Shown here in pieces: positions 11,658 through 25,100 of a stretch of 64,000 nt of DNA; within the stretch, counting starts at the first letter, position 1, and the number at the start of each line of letters is the position of its first letter. This stretch comes from Blastocladiella emersonii ATCC 22665 (taxonomy: Eukaryota; Fungi; Blastocladiomycota), in assembly GCA_025594325.1 (NCBI GenBank), contig JANHCV010000010.1, positions 930,001 through 994,000 on the forward strand. The letters are read 5' to 3'. The position numbers were made by a program, and so were the translations under genes. The notes beneath the pieces were generated by a model. It was not told the origin of the DNA and searched no databases. It saw only the letters and a program-made list of their open reading frames with translations.

Positions 11658-12985
11658 ATGTCCTCCTCGTTCCGCCGCGCCGTCCCGGCCCATGTAACTT
11701 CTAGCAATGCATCGACAAAACCCGTGAGCGCGTCCTCCCCGGCGCCCACGGCCCCTCCCGCCGCCGCTGCCACCACGGCCCCGCGGCCCGCGCTCCCGCC
11801 CGGCGTCAAGCTGTCGCCGCACAACGCCCTCGCCCTGCTCTCCACGGGCGTCGGCTCGCTCGACGACCTCCTCGGCGGCGGCCTCCCGCTCGGCACCCTG
11901 CTCGTCATCGAGGAGGACCGCGCCACCGGCTACGCCCAGTTGCTCTTGCAGTACTTTATCGCCCAGGGCATCCAGCACGGCCACCACGTGCTCGTCGCCA
12001 GCGCCGACGAGGACCCGTCGTCGCTCGTCGCCGGCGCGCCCGCGCCCGTCGACCCGGCTACGGCGTCGCGCACCCGCAAGGGCGCCGCGTTCGAGGCCGC
12101 GCGCGCCGCGGCTAGCGTCAAGGAGGGCAGCAGCGGCGCCGCCGCCGGAGAGGAGAGGATGAAGATCGCGTGGCGGTACCAGAATCTGCCCAAGATCGAG
12201 TCGCGCGCCGAGCCGCCCGCGTCGACCGCTGCGGGTGCGTCCGCGACCCGGTATCCCCTCGATCTCGAACCGTGCTGACCATCTACTCCGCAATAGGCAC
12301 CAGCGCAGCGTACTGCGGCACCCTCGATATCACCAAGAAGCTGTCGTACGCCGACCTCGCCGCCGCCGCCGAGATCGTGCATCTCGTCGACCTGCGCGAC
12401 ACGCCGACGCCGCTCGCCGACCTGTACCGGTCCATTGTCGAGACGGTCGAGTCGCACGGCTTCCTCGCCACCGCGACCCCAGCGCCGTCAGCGCCGAACC
12501 AGCGCCGCCAGGCCCTGCGCATCGCCGTGCACGCCGTGTGCTCGCCGCTGTGGCCCGTCTCGCACACGGACCACCTGCGGTTCTTGCACCAGCTCAAGGG
12601 CCTACTGCGCCGCTCGTTCGCGAGCGCCGTCGTGACCTGGTCGTACACGGCGCCCGCCGCGACGCGCCCCGCGGTCCGCGCGCAGTGCGACTTCGCCATC
12701 GCCCTCGACGCCTTCGCCTCGTCTGAGCGCATCCCGGCCTCGCTCCGCGATAACCCGGGCGTCACCGGCGAGTACACGGGCCTGCTCGCCGTGCACCGCC
12801 TCGCCCGCCTCAACGCGCTCGTCCCCGCGAGCGCTAAGGTTACGTCCGGCGCTATCTCGATCGACCGCTCGCTCGCGTTCCAGGTCCGCCGCAAGCGGTT
12901 CTCCATCGAGACGTGGCACCTGCCGCCCGAGCTTGGCGACGAGAGCAAGGGTACGGGCGGGGCTGCGTGTGCTTCGGCGTTTTGA
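11658..12985 (+). CDS. ELP4: Elongator complex protein 4, 2 exons
   Basis: TGVGSLDDLLGGGLPLG...IEED...YAQLLLQYFIAQG, MKIAWRY and FQVRRKRFSIETWHLPP motifs. GT-AG intron at about 12235-12296. Confidence 0.92.
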
Positions 12986-13051
12986 TTTGGCTATTTCTGT
13001 TCGAGCGGCGTGCGGGCCGAATAAATGTCAGCGTGATCGCGAACGTGATGT

Positions 13052-13130
13052 CTCCCGCCCGACTCAGGAAACACTCCCGCGCGATGGAAAACACTCCCGC
13101 GCGACTCGAAAAACACACCCGTGCGACTCG
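13052..13130. repeat. Degenerate tandem repeat, about 20-22 nt unit GAAA(A)CACTCCCGCGCGACTC, 3 full copies plus a partial
   Basis: Units read directly at 13068, 13087 and 13108, plus a partial CTCCCGCCCGACTC just upstream. Lies in the ELP4/separase intergenic region. Confidence 0.8.
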
Positions 13131-13525
13131 ATGAACAAGCGCGGCTGCGCACGCCACGTATCTCGCCGTCGCTGTAGCGCTCGCGACGGACCGATAAGGA
13201 CCTGACGGACGCTGCTTCGTGGGTTTCCGTGCAGTGCTTCGAGGTTACTTTGAAGTGCATCGACGGACGCAGACATGTCTCCTTGCGGGTGTGAGACAAA
13301 GTGACGAGACGTTGGGAAATCAGCTGATGGCGCTTGCGTGATCTCTGCCCCGGCCCTGGCCCCGGCCCCGGCCCCGTCCCGTCCCCGGCGTGGTCTCCAT
13401 CGACTCGAGGACGGCCCACTGCATCACAATGATAAAGTAAACGATCCGCTCTCCATGCAACTTGTACATTGTTGCTCTGGCAAAACAATTCCTGCGACTT
13501 TATGAATCTGGCCTGGCGCAGCACC

Positions 13526-16500
13526 ATGGACGTTGCCGCGATTGCCGTCCGCCTCGCCGACCCGGCCAAGGCGACGCCCGCACTCGTCATCGAGCTACGT
13601 GAGTGGCTGCGCGATACTTTTGGCCCGTCGCCGTCGATGCTTGGACCGCCCGTGCGGCCACGCGACGCCGACGTCGTTGCGGCGTGTCGTATCATCGTCG
13701 CGTGCTTCAGGGCCATGGCGGCGCTGTCCGTGGGACCTGCTCCTGCCGCCACGCCCGAGGCGCTGGCAGCGCACCACGAGCGCGCCGCCTTGGTCTCGGA
13801 CGCTTACGCACTGACCGCCGGCGTGCTCGGCGCCGCCGCCCTCCCCAAGTTTGCCGTCGAGAAGCACATGTCCGACCTCATCGTCCGCTTGCTTGACACA
13901 ACCGTTGTTTCCACTGCGGTCCAGCTGTCCGTCCTCGACCGCTTCAAGACCCACCTCGAGCGCTGCTATGCCGACGCCTTCGTCGCCCGGCTTCCGCCCA
14001 ATCCGTGGATGCTCGTTGCCGCTTCGAACACCGTGCCGTTGCCCGGCCTCGTCCGTGTCGTCGCCAGCTACTTCACGGCACGTCTGCGCTCGCTCGCCCG
14101 CCGCGCCCAGATTGAGCCGCTCGCCGACGACGAGGCGCGCGCTTCACTCGGCGACCCGCTCGTTTGGGCGCAGCACGGGCACGGCGGATTGCACTGGTGG
14201 CTGCGCGAGCTCGAGCGGACCCATGGAGCCGAGGCCGCCCGTGCGCAACGAACAGTATGCGCCAAGCTTCTCGTCCCACTCGCTCCTGCAGGCTCCGTCG
14301 CTGCGTGGATTGTCGAATGGCTCGTCCAAAGCGGGGAACCGCTCGCATCCGTGTGCACGACGCTCGTCCGCCTCAGGTCGCCACCAGCCCCGCTTTTGGC
14401 TGCCGCGCAGCTGCTCGAGCGGCACCCGCAGTTTGTGCAGGAGCGGCTCGCGGCCATGTCGCTCGTCGGAGACTGGCTGTGCGCAAGCGAATTGCCCGAC
14501 GACGGCGGCGGGCTCCAGGACGACGTGTTGCCGTGGCTTGCGTATTACTTCCGCGCCGAGTACCAGTCACAACTAGGCCAAACCGTCGAGTCGCAACGTC
14601 CCGACCACCTTCTTCGTGTCGGCTCTGTCGCCCACGGCCTCGCCCAACGCCTGTTCGACCAAATTGGCCAGACTACCGCCTCGACCAACGGAGCCCGCAC
14701 CGGCCTAGCTGTGCACGTCCAGAGCGGCTCGCTTCCCCGTGGTGTCGACGCATGGACGAATGATCGCGACCGCGGGCTCGCATTCGCCATCGCGATAGCC
14801 AAGGTCGCCGCGGACGCCCTCGAGGTGTACTTGAAGCCGCAGCCGCAGCCGCAGCCGCAGCCGCAGCCGCACGTCCCCGCGACCACCGGCCGCACCCAGC
14901 TCGCGCATTGCTACGAGCTTATTGCGGTCATCATGGTCACGCGCGACGCTTGCGCCGGCCGCACCGTGTTTGGCCGACACTGGCGTGACGCCATGCTCCG
15001 CGCCGTCACGCTGATGCTTGAGGTGCGGGCATGGGACAATCTCGCCGCCCTCGTTCAGCGCAATGTCCGCCGCCAACTCGCTCCGCCCAAGTCCTCGCCC
15101 GCTGCTCAGCTGCACTCGGCTGTCGGCGACACAGCCCCTGCTTCGCCCAGCTACGCGCCGCTGTGCTCGCTTGTCCGCTCGCACCGGGTCTTTGCGCTCG
15201 AGTGGCGCGCGCTCTTCGCGGCCGAGTTCGTTGGCCTCGCTGGCCACATGTTGCAGCACTGGGAGGCCATCACGCAGCCGACGGGACTGCATCGCGCGCA
15301 CCTCCTGCTCTTGCAGATCGCCCAGCGACGCGGGGTCGAGTGCGACCGCGACGTTGCGCTAGTGATCGACATGCTTCTTGAGCCGGTACGTCCTATCACT
15401 CGCTCGATATCGCCCAGATGGGCGAGCAACGACTAACAAGCTCCCTCGCGCTTCTGCTGCGTAGCTGACGGGCGAGACCCGCGACGACAAGGAGTTCCGC
15501 ACCGAGCTGCTCGCCCTTGCGTACTGCCACCATGCCTTCATGCAGAACGACGCGAGTCACCTGGAGAGGGCGTTCGCGCTCTACGAGCGTGCGATCCGCG
15601 AGCAGTCGCTGGTCCTGCGCGACGAGGCGCGGTGGCACCTGTCCGAGCTCGAAGGTCTCCTCAACCGCCGATCCATGCACTCGCACCTCGTCCAGTTGCA
15701 CCAGATTCAGCTCCTGATCGAGCAAGGCGTTGGACGCGGCGACGTGCTCGTCCGGCTTGCGCTCGCCTACCTCGCACTCGGCTTCGCTGATCACGCAGGT
15801 AACTGCCTTGCTGCTTCATTGACCCACCTGGCCGAAGGGCGAGGGCGCGACGCGTGGCGCGCCGCCACGGCCATGTACCTCATTGCCCGCGGCAACACGG
15901 CCAAGGCCGCCGAGTACATAGACCGGACCGACGGCGCCGACCCCTCGGCCACTATCCTTCATCGCATCGCCCACATCCAGTTGCACGAGGCCGAGGGTCG
16001 CGGCACCGACGCACTTCTCCTCGCGCTCGACACGATCAAGCTCGCCGAACGCACCAGCGCCACCGGCGTCACCGTACCTCGCTCGCTTGCGGCGCTCTGG
16101 TTCCAGGTCCTCGCCCATATTGCATTGCGGTTCTGCACCGCTGGCATGTGGCGCGATGCCGACCACTTCGCCGCGCAGGGCGCCTGTGTTGCGCGCGAAC
16201 ATCGAAACGACACCATGTCGTCCCGGTTTGCCGCAATCCAGGCCACCATCGCCATGTACCGCCGCGCACCCGCCGAAGTCCACTGCCTCCTCGAGCGGCT
16301 TCCCACCGCATCCCCGCCTTCATCGTCGTCTCCCGCAGCGCCGTGCCGGTCTCCAGGGCTCCCGCGCAGCGACAGCGCGGCGCACCTCGACCTCGGGCCT
16401 GACGCGGATGACTGGTCCATCGCGGACGTCAAGGGCAACGTGACGCGCATGCTGATCCTGGCCGACGCGGCGCTGCTCGAAGTCGGCCTCGATCTCCCCG

Positions 16501-18870
16501 CTGGGCGCTGCCCGCGCCTGCAGCCCGGCGAGACCTCAACCCTGGATGCCACAGGCAAGTGGGTCCGCGCCGCGCATTCGCTGATTGAGCGACTCGAGCT
16601 GCCGCACCACGTCGTCACCGGTCCCGGCTCGCCGATTCAGCTTGGCAACGAGCAGATGCAGCTTCGACCGTTCGAGGTCGAGCTCGCGCGCGTCCGCGCC
16701 AACCTGGCGTTTGCGCAAAACAACCGGCGCGAGGCCGAGCGCATTGCCGTCAGCGCCCTCAACTCGCTCGCTCGGTGCAGCGGCTCGCAGTACCCGCGTC
16801 CCGTCCACGACGCGGTCGCCATCATGCTCGCCATCGTCAAGCCGCACCTCGACCGGGTCGACGAGCTCGCGCTGCTCGGTGACTCGATCGTCCTCCTTGA
16901 CGCTTCCGAGGTCGGCGCGACGCGCAACCAGCGCGCCTTCCTCGACCCGCAGCTGGTCGCGCGGCTCAATCTGTGCCGCGAGCACCTCGTCTCGACCATT
17001 TCGCGTGCAGCCGACGCCTCGCATCCGCGCGAGCTCGCATCCATGGCGCACATGCTGCTGCACGTACACGCGATCGACCTCGTCGCCGGCTTCGCTTGCC
17101 TGGGCGAGACGGCGGCGTGGTCAGTTCGCGGGCTGCTCGAGTCGGCGTGTCACGGCGTCACGGCACGCCGCACTGCCCGCGTCGTCGCGCAGGTGGCCAA
17201 GCTGCCCTCGTCCAACCCGCTCGCTCAACCCTCGACGCCATTCCACCCCATCGACTCGCGCGTCGTCCCCAACTCGTGGACCGTGTGCCAGCTCGCTGTC
17301 GATCCTGCTCGCGACGCGCTGTACCTCTCCGTGACTCGCGGCCCGCACCACGCCTCGTTGCAACTTTCGTTGCTTCGGACCGTGTCGCGCAACCAGTCCC
17401 CAAGCGAAGCGATCTCTTACGCGACTGTACGAGAACGTTTCGACTCGGTTGTAGCTGCTAACGACGCTATGCTCGGTTCTGATCATCCATTGCGCGAGGA
17501 TGCGTCCCAGTGGTGGAACGTGCAGCGGACGCTTGACCACGACCTGCTCCGCGTCCTTGCGACCATCGATCACGACTGGCTTGGGTGCTTTCGCGGGTTG
17601 CTCGCCGGCGCTGGCGCGCAAATCCTGCGCGACGCCGTTCGCGATTTCATGCGCGCACTTGCTGACTTTGTCGAACCCGCGCGGCAGCCCAGCAACGACT
17701 CAAGCGCGTCCTTCGTCCTGCCTGTCCTTGTCGTCGAGGCGTGGCTCTCGCTTGCGATTGTTCCCGCGACGCCGGACCCGCACTTTTCCACCTCGAGCGA
17801 TTCTCATGCGTTGGCTCCAACCAAGGCCGACCTCGAGGACATGGCGTGCTTCATTCTCGACGAGTGCGCGCGTCAAGGTTTTGGCGTCGCGACGGTCGGC
17901 CGCGAGGTCGCGGGCGACGTCGAGTTTGACTCGCTTGTCGCCTTTCTAGAAGCCAAACTGCGCTCGCTGCGCCACAAGTACCAGGGCTCGCCATCGCTTC
18001 CCGCTGCTGGTGACCACACGGTTCTTATCCTCGATGCACACTTGCACGCTTTCCCATGGGAGTCGACCGCGGCCCTGCGCGGACGGAGCGTGGCTCGCGT
18101 GTCCTCGATCGATATGCTGCACGGTTTGCTCACCGCAGCGGGCAAGCACGGTGGTGCGGTCGCTGACCGTGAATCCGTTTACTACGTCATCGATCCGTCT
18201 GCGAATATCGCGTGCACACGGGCGACGTTCGAACCGATCCTGCGGTACGACTTTGCCCCGTCGCGGCTTCGATACGCCCTGCTGACCCGTACGCGCGCGC
18301 GTGTGTAGCTCGCAGTCCGCCTGGCGCGGTACCATCGGTGCGCCGCCGTCATCTACGGCCGAATTCATCTCCTCACTGGCCGTGCACGACGTCTTCTTGT
18401 ACTCTGGCCACGGTGGGGGCGAATCGGTGTGCTCACCCAAACGGCTGATCGAGCCCCTTCTCACGCGCGACGCTTCCGGTGGCGATCGCGGCCGCGCTCC
18501 CCTCGTCGCCTTTCTCATGGGATGTTCTAGCGGCAAGCTCACCGCTCCTGGCACATTTGACCCGCTCGGTACCCCGCTCGACTACCTGTTCGTCATGCTC
18601 GCGTCGCGCGGCGGGTGTGTCGTTGGCAACTTGTGGGACGTGACTGATCGCGACAACGACCAGCTCGCGGTCGAAACGTTGCGTCGGTGGGGCCTGTTCC
18701 GCTCCGCGGCGTTCGATGAAGGAAATCGAGTCTCGCTGCCCATGGCCGTGGCTGCGGCGCGCAACTGTGGCCGGGGCTCGTTCCTGACGAGTGCAGCGCT
18801 CGTTGTTTACGGGATTCCCGTCCGTCTCGCGCACGCATCCGCGGAGCGTCGTGACTTTGTTGATATGTAA
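13526..18870 (+). CDS. ESP1: Separase (peptidase C50) family protein, copy 1, intact, about 1733 aa, 3 exons
   Basis: Exons 13526-15385, 15465-18244 and 18309-18870 join in frame (5202 nt). Motifs LILDAHLHAFPWE, catalytic YSGHGGG and LMGCSSG, GNLWDVTDRD, AALVVYGIP. Confidence 0.88.
14840..14869 (+). repeat. (CAGCCG)5 coding microsatellite encoding a QP run in separase copy 1
   Basis: Five perfect hexamers read directly; absent at the homologous site of copy 2. Confidence 0.9.
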
Positions 18871-19179
18871 TTCTCTTCTTAACCAGACTGCGCTCTTGCG
18901 CTTTAAATCAAAACAAAAACAACCGGACAGCTTTGCGGTGCGCCATCAAAGTGTCTCGCGGTCGGTGCGAGACATTCGGGTGACGCGTGGGGAAATCATG
19001 TGATTATCAGGATCAGCGTCTCGCTTCGGTGGCTCGCACCCAACCCGCGCATTCGTCCACGGCCCCCCTGTTTCCTCCCACCCCTACAATGCATCAATAA
19101 ACCATCGACTCTCCATGCAACTTGCGCAGCTTGGCACCGGCAGCACGCTCCCTACATAAACCGGGCCAGCCGCGACACC

Positions 19180-22100
19180 ATGGATATCGCCGCGATTGCT
19201 GTCCGCCTGGCCGACCCGACCAAGGCGACGCCTGAGCTCGTTCTCGAACTGCGCAAATGGCTCCGCAGCGCCTTGAGCTTCCCGCCGTCGATGCTTGGAC
19301 CGCCCGCGCGGCCGCGCGACGTCGACGTGGTTGCAGCGTGTCGCGTTGTCGTTGCGTGCTTCAGGGCCATGGCGGCGCTGTCCGTGGGACCTGCTTCTAC
19401 CGCCACGCCCGAGACGCTTGACGAGCGCGCCACTGCAGTCTCTGACGCTTTCACGATGACCACGGGGGCACTCGAGGCCGCAGCGCTCCCTAAGTTTGCT
19501 GTCGAGAAGCACATGTCGGACCTCATCGTCCGCTGGATTGACACGACCCTTGTTCCCGCTGCGGTGAAGCTGGCCGTCCTCGACCGCTTCAAGACCCACC
19601 TCGAATCGAATCTCGACACACCGACGCGCTCGCCACCCGGCTTCCGCCCAATCCGTGGCTTCTCGTGGCTGCTTCCAACACCGGACCGTCGTCCACTATC
19701 GTGCAGATTGCCTGCGTCTATTTCGCAACGCGCATGCACTCGCTTGCGTTCCACGTACAGACTGAGCCGCTCGCGGTGGCTGACGCACGTATTCTGCACG
19801 ATGCCATGCTCGAAGCGGCCCAGCTCGGCCGTGGCGGACCCGGCTGGTGGCTACACGAGCTGGAACGGACCCACGGCGCCGAGGTCGCCCACAGCCAACG
19901 TACCACTTGCGCGAAACTTCTCGTCCGACTCGCGCCTACAGTTCCCGTTGCCTTATGGGTTGTCAACTGGCTTGTGCAGAGCGCGGAACCGCTCTGTGCC
20001 ATCATCACGACGCTCGTCCAACTCGGGCGACCGACCCCGCTCTTGACTGCCACGCAGCTTCTCGAGCAACACCCGCAGTTCGCGCAGGAGCGGCTTGCGG
20101 TCGTCCCGCTTGTCATCGACTGGTTGTGCGCCAATAACTCGGTCGACGATGATCATGGCGTCCTGTCGTGGCTCTCGAACCAGGACCACGAGCTGTGGCG
20201 GCGGCGGTCCGGGACCGATCCGCCGTGCCCTGTTCAGCTCGCCATCCGCCTCGCCGTCGCTCACGGTGCCCTCGTCGCCTCCAGCGGCCCCTTCACCACC
20301 GACGCGGGGCTCGCGATGGGCCGCGTCATCAACTGCCTCCGCGAGTACAACCAGTTTGAGCAGGCCGACTCGGCTGGCACGTCCAGGATGCGGCCTTCGC
20401 GCTCGCAGATTGCCACGATTCTACGCGTTGGTTGCCGCTACGTTCGGGTCACAACTCGCATCACCAACGCGTTCGGCTCCGCTGCGCCCAATGACCTGGG
20501 CGGCGAGTCTCTCGTTGTTGTCCACGACTCGATCTCGATGCTCGTCGCCCGCTTGGCCCCGCACGTTGGTGTTCTACCATCTGTCGGCCGCTCGCTCGTC
20601 GACTGGATCATGTACCTCGCCCAGCTCCTCGACTCGCAGCGCGTCTCGTCCAACTTCACGCCCAATCTCGCACTCGTCCATCGCAACTTCACCACCATAT
20701 ACGCCATCTACCTCCACTCGCTCGACGACTCGCAGCAGCTCGATTGCCTGCTCCGTGTCAGCTCCGTTGCGCGCAGTTTCGCTTATCGCCTGTTTGAGCG
20801 GTATTCTTCGGCGCCACGGTCGCGTCTCGCGTCAGCAAACAGCGGAGAGCCGAACAACTCGAACGCCAGCGCCAACTGGACATGGGGACATGGACCGCGA
20901 TCGCGGACTTGTCGTTGCCGTTGCCATCACCGAGGTCGCCATCGAGGCCCTCGAAGCGTACCAGGGACGACCGCCGGTTCGCGCCGTGCGCCGTGTCCGC
21001 AGTCTGCATCGAGCTCGCGCGGCACTACGAGTTCGTTGCCGACGTTTCGGTCGCCAAGAACGAGCATTCTGCACGCGGCCAGGCGTGGGATGAAGCCATG
21101 CTCCGCGCCGTCACGTTGCTGCTCAATGCGCGTGCATGGGGCGACCTCGCCGCGCTCATCGCGCGCAACGTTCACCGGCAGCTCGCGCCGTACACGACTT
21201 TGCCCGCCGCGCATGAACCATGCACACCTCGCTCCACGTCGCCTAAGTTCAGGCCGCTGTGCTTCCTCGTCCGCTCGCACTGCGTGTTTGCGCTCGAATG
21301 GCGCGCGCTCTTCGCGGCCAGATTCGTTGGCCTCGCCGCTCTGGCATTGAAGCACTAGGACGCCATCACGCAGCCGACGGGACTGCATCGCGCGCACCTC
21401 CTGCTCTCGCAGATCGCCCAGCGGCGCGGGGTCGAGTGCGACCGCGACGTTGCACCAGCGATCGACGTGCTTATTGAGCCGGTACGCCCTATCACTCACT
21501 TTATATCGCCCAAATGGGCGAGCAACGACTAACAAGCTCACTCGCGCTTCTGCTGCGTAGTCGACTGACGACGGCCCTGAAGAGATCTTGCACACCGAGC
21601 TCCTCGCCCTCGCGTACTGCTACCGTGCTGTCTCGCAGAATGACGCGAGCGACCTGGCCACGGCGTTCGTTCTCTTCGAGCGCGCGGTCCGTGGGCGGTC
21701 CCTGGTCCTGCGCGACGAGATTCGGTGGCACCTGCGCGAGCTCGAGCGTCTCTTTGACGGCCAGTCCATGCACTCGTACCTGGTCCAGTTGCACCAGATT
21801 CAGCTCCTCATCGAGGAAGGCGTTGAGCGCGGCGACGTGCTTGTCCGGCTTGCGCTCGCCCACCTCGCACTCGGCTACGCAGATCGCGCTGGAAACTGTC
21901 TTGCTGCTTCATCGAGTTACCTTCCTGCGGACCACGGCTGCGACGCCTGGCGCGCTGCCCACGCCATGTACTCTGTCGCGATTGGTGACCTGGCCAAGGC
22001 CGCCGAGTACCTCGCCCTGACCGGCAACATCGACCCCTCGGCCACCATCCTTCATCGCCTCGCCCGCATCCAGCTGCTCGAGGCCGAGGGTCGCGGTACT

Positions 22101-25100
22101 GACGCACTTCTCCTTGCGCTCGAGACCATGGAGCTCGCTCAGTGCACCGGCGGCATTGGGCCTGTGTCCCTCCGTTTTGAGCTCTACGCCCAGACTGCTG
22201 CACTGTGCTGTATCGCTGGAATGTGGCAGGATGCCGAGCTGTACGCGGCGCAGGGCGCTTGCACCGCGCGCGAGTATGAGAACGCGACTATGCGGTCAGC
22301 TATGCGGTACCGCTTCGCCACTATCCAGGCCACCATCGCCGTGTACCGCCGCGAGCCCAACAAGGTCCGCGACCTGCTCGAGCAGTGTCCCGCTGCATCC
22401 CCGCCACCATCGCTGGCGCCAGCTGCGCTGAACAGACCACCCGGGATCCCGCGCAGCGACAGTACAGCTCATCTCAAACTCGAATTTGATGCGGACGACA
22501 CGTCGACTGCGGACACGGCGGGGCTCAACATCGAGGAGAACGTGTCGCGTATGCTGGTCCTGGCTGACGCGGCGCTGCTCGAAGCTGGGCTTGACCTCGC
22601 TGCTGGCCGCCGCCCGCGCCCGCAGCCCGGCGAGACGTCGACCCTGGATGTCGCAGGCAAGTGGGTGCGCGCCGCGCAGTCGCTGATCGAGCGGCTCGAG
22701 CCGCGGTACCACGCCACCAGCCTGTTCGCGGCCGTCCAGCAGCTACCCCCGTCGCCTCGGCTGCAGCGGTTCCTCGACGCCGATTCGACTGGTGCCGCGC
22801 AGCATGCGGCTCCGACTGCTGCGAGCTCCGCGCTGCCGACCCAGAACGGCAACAAGCAGGTGCAGCCTCGCCTGCTCGAGGTCGAGCTCGCGCGCGTCCG
22901 CGCCAACCTGGCGCTTGCGCAGGGCAACCGGCGCGAGGCCGAGCGCATTGCCGTCAGCGCCCTCAACTCGCTCCCTCGGTGCAGCGGCTCGCAGTACCCG
23001 CGTCTCGTCCACGACGCGGTCGCCATCATGCTCGCCATCGTCAAGCCGCACCTCGACCGGGTCGACGAGGTCGCGCTGCTCGGTGACTCGATCGTCCTCC
23101 TTGACGCGTCCGAGGTCGGCGCGACGCGCAACCAGCGCGCCTTCCTCGACCCGCAGCTGGTCGCGCGGCTCAATCTGTGCCGCGAGCACCTCGTCTCGAC
23201 CATTTCGCGTGCAGCCGACGCCTCGCATCCGCGCGAGCTCGCATCCATGGCGCACATGCTGCTGCACGTACACGCGATCGACCTCGTCGCCGGCTTCGCT
23301 TGCCTGGGCGAGACGGCGGCGTGGTCAGTTCGCGGGCTGCTCGAGTCTTCGTGTCACGGCGTCATGGCGCGCCGCCTGGCCCGCGTCCTTGCGCGCAAGC
23401 TCGGGCTATCCTCGCTTGCCCCGTCTTCTCCCACCGCTGCGCCGCTCAACGACACGACGCGCAATACTTCGGCGTTGCTTTATCGGTCGCCATTCGACGC
23501 GACCGGCCTGTCGGTCCATCGCATCGATGCGCGCGTTCCTGACAAGTGGACCGTGTGCCAGCTTGCTGTCGACCCCGCGCGCAACGTAATGTACGTGTCC
23601 GTGTCCCGTGGGTCGCACCATGTTGCGCTGCGGCTTTCAATGCTTCGGACTGCGGCGCTCACCCAGTCTCCAAGCGATGCGGTCTGCTACGAGACCATCC
23701 GCGCACGCCTGGACACCGTTGTGGCTACCAACAACGCCTTGCTTGATTCCGGTCACCCGCCGCGCAAAAATACTTTCCAGTGGTGGAGCGAGCTGCGGGC
23801 AATCGACCGCGAACTGTTCCACGTCATCGAGACCATCGACCAGAAGTGGCTCGGTTGCTTTCGTGGCATGCTCGGCGGCGCTGGAGCGCAGGTCCCGCGC
23901 GATGCCGTCCGCGACTTTGCACGCGATCTCGGCGCCTTTGTCGAATCCGCTCGACTGTCCGGCAACGATGCTAACGCGCCGTTTACGTTACCTCTTCTCG
24001 TCGTCGAGACGTGGCTCTCGCTTGTTCTCGTCCCAGCGGCACCGAACCCGCGCGCCCCCACGTCAAGTGCTTCGAACGCGTCGCCGCTGACCAAGGCCGA
24101 CCTCAAAGACATGGCGTGCTTTATCCTGGACGAGTGCGCGCGCCAGGGCTTTGGCGTTGCGACCGTCGACCGCGAGGTCGCAGGCGACGTCGAGTTTGAC
24201 GCTCTCGTCGCATTTCTCCAGGTCGAGCTGGACACGCTGCGCCGTCGGTACCAGGTGCCGCAGCCGTCTCCCCCGGCCTCGAATGACCACACGATTCTGA
24301 TACTCGACGCGCACCTGCACGCATTCCCGTGGGAGACGACGGCGGCGCTGCGCGGGCAGAGCGTGTCTCGCGTGTTTTCGCTCGAGATGCTTCACGGGAT
24401 GCTGGCCACAGCAGCGAACCATGGCGGTGCACTGGCCGACCGCGGGTCCGTGTACTACGTGCTCGATCCGTCGCAGAGCTTCTTGACTACGCAGGCCATG
24501 TTTGAGCCAATACTGCGGTACTTCATATCTGCGAGCCGTGTCCTCCCAAGGCTGCGTTTCGCGATCCTAACTTCACACACGCGCGTGAGTAGCTCGTGGC
24601 CGAACTGGCACGGCACCATAAGCGTTCGGCCCTTGTCCTTGTCCCCGTCCGAGTTTGCCGCCTCGCTCGCCGCGCACGATTTGTTCCTGTACTTTGGCCA
24701 CGGTGGCGGCGAGTCGCTGTGTCCGCTCACTAAGCTCGTCGACCAGCTGCTCGCGCGCGACGCGCTCGTTGGCGACCGTGGCCGCGCACCGCTCGTCGCC
24801 TTCCTCACGGGCTGCTCCAGCGGAAAACTCGAGGCTTCCGGCACCTTTGAACCCAACGGGACTCCGCTCCGGTACCTGCTTGCCATGCTCGGCTCGCGCG
24901 GCGGGTGCGTCGTTGGCACCCTGTGGGACGTGATTGATCGAGAGATTGATCGGTTCACGATTGCAGCGCTGCGTCGATGGGGCCTGTTTCCATCTGCCTT
25001 GAGCGGCGAGCAGGTCTCGCTTCCTGTGGCCGTGGCCAAGTCGCGCAACGATTGTCAGCTTCTGTTTTTAACCGGCGCAGCGCCCGTAGTCTATGGGCTT

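Noticed and set aside
11658-12278. RecA/KaiC-like motif (TGVGSLDDLLGGGLP) suggesting a bacterial gene
   Set aside because: This is the known RecA-like fold of ELP4, and the other ELP4 motifs plus an intron are present.
13052-13130. CRISPR-like array
   Set aside because: The repeats abut with no unique spacers, no cas genes are present, and the context is eukaryotic.
15386-18308. Stops splitting separase copy 1 into three ORFs
   Set aside because: Both breaks are canonical introns (15386-15464 and 18245-18308) that restore the frame.
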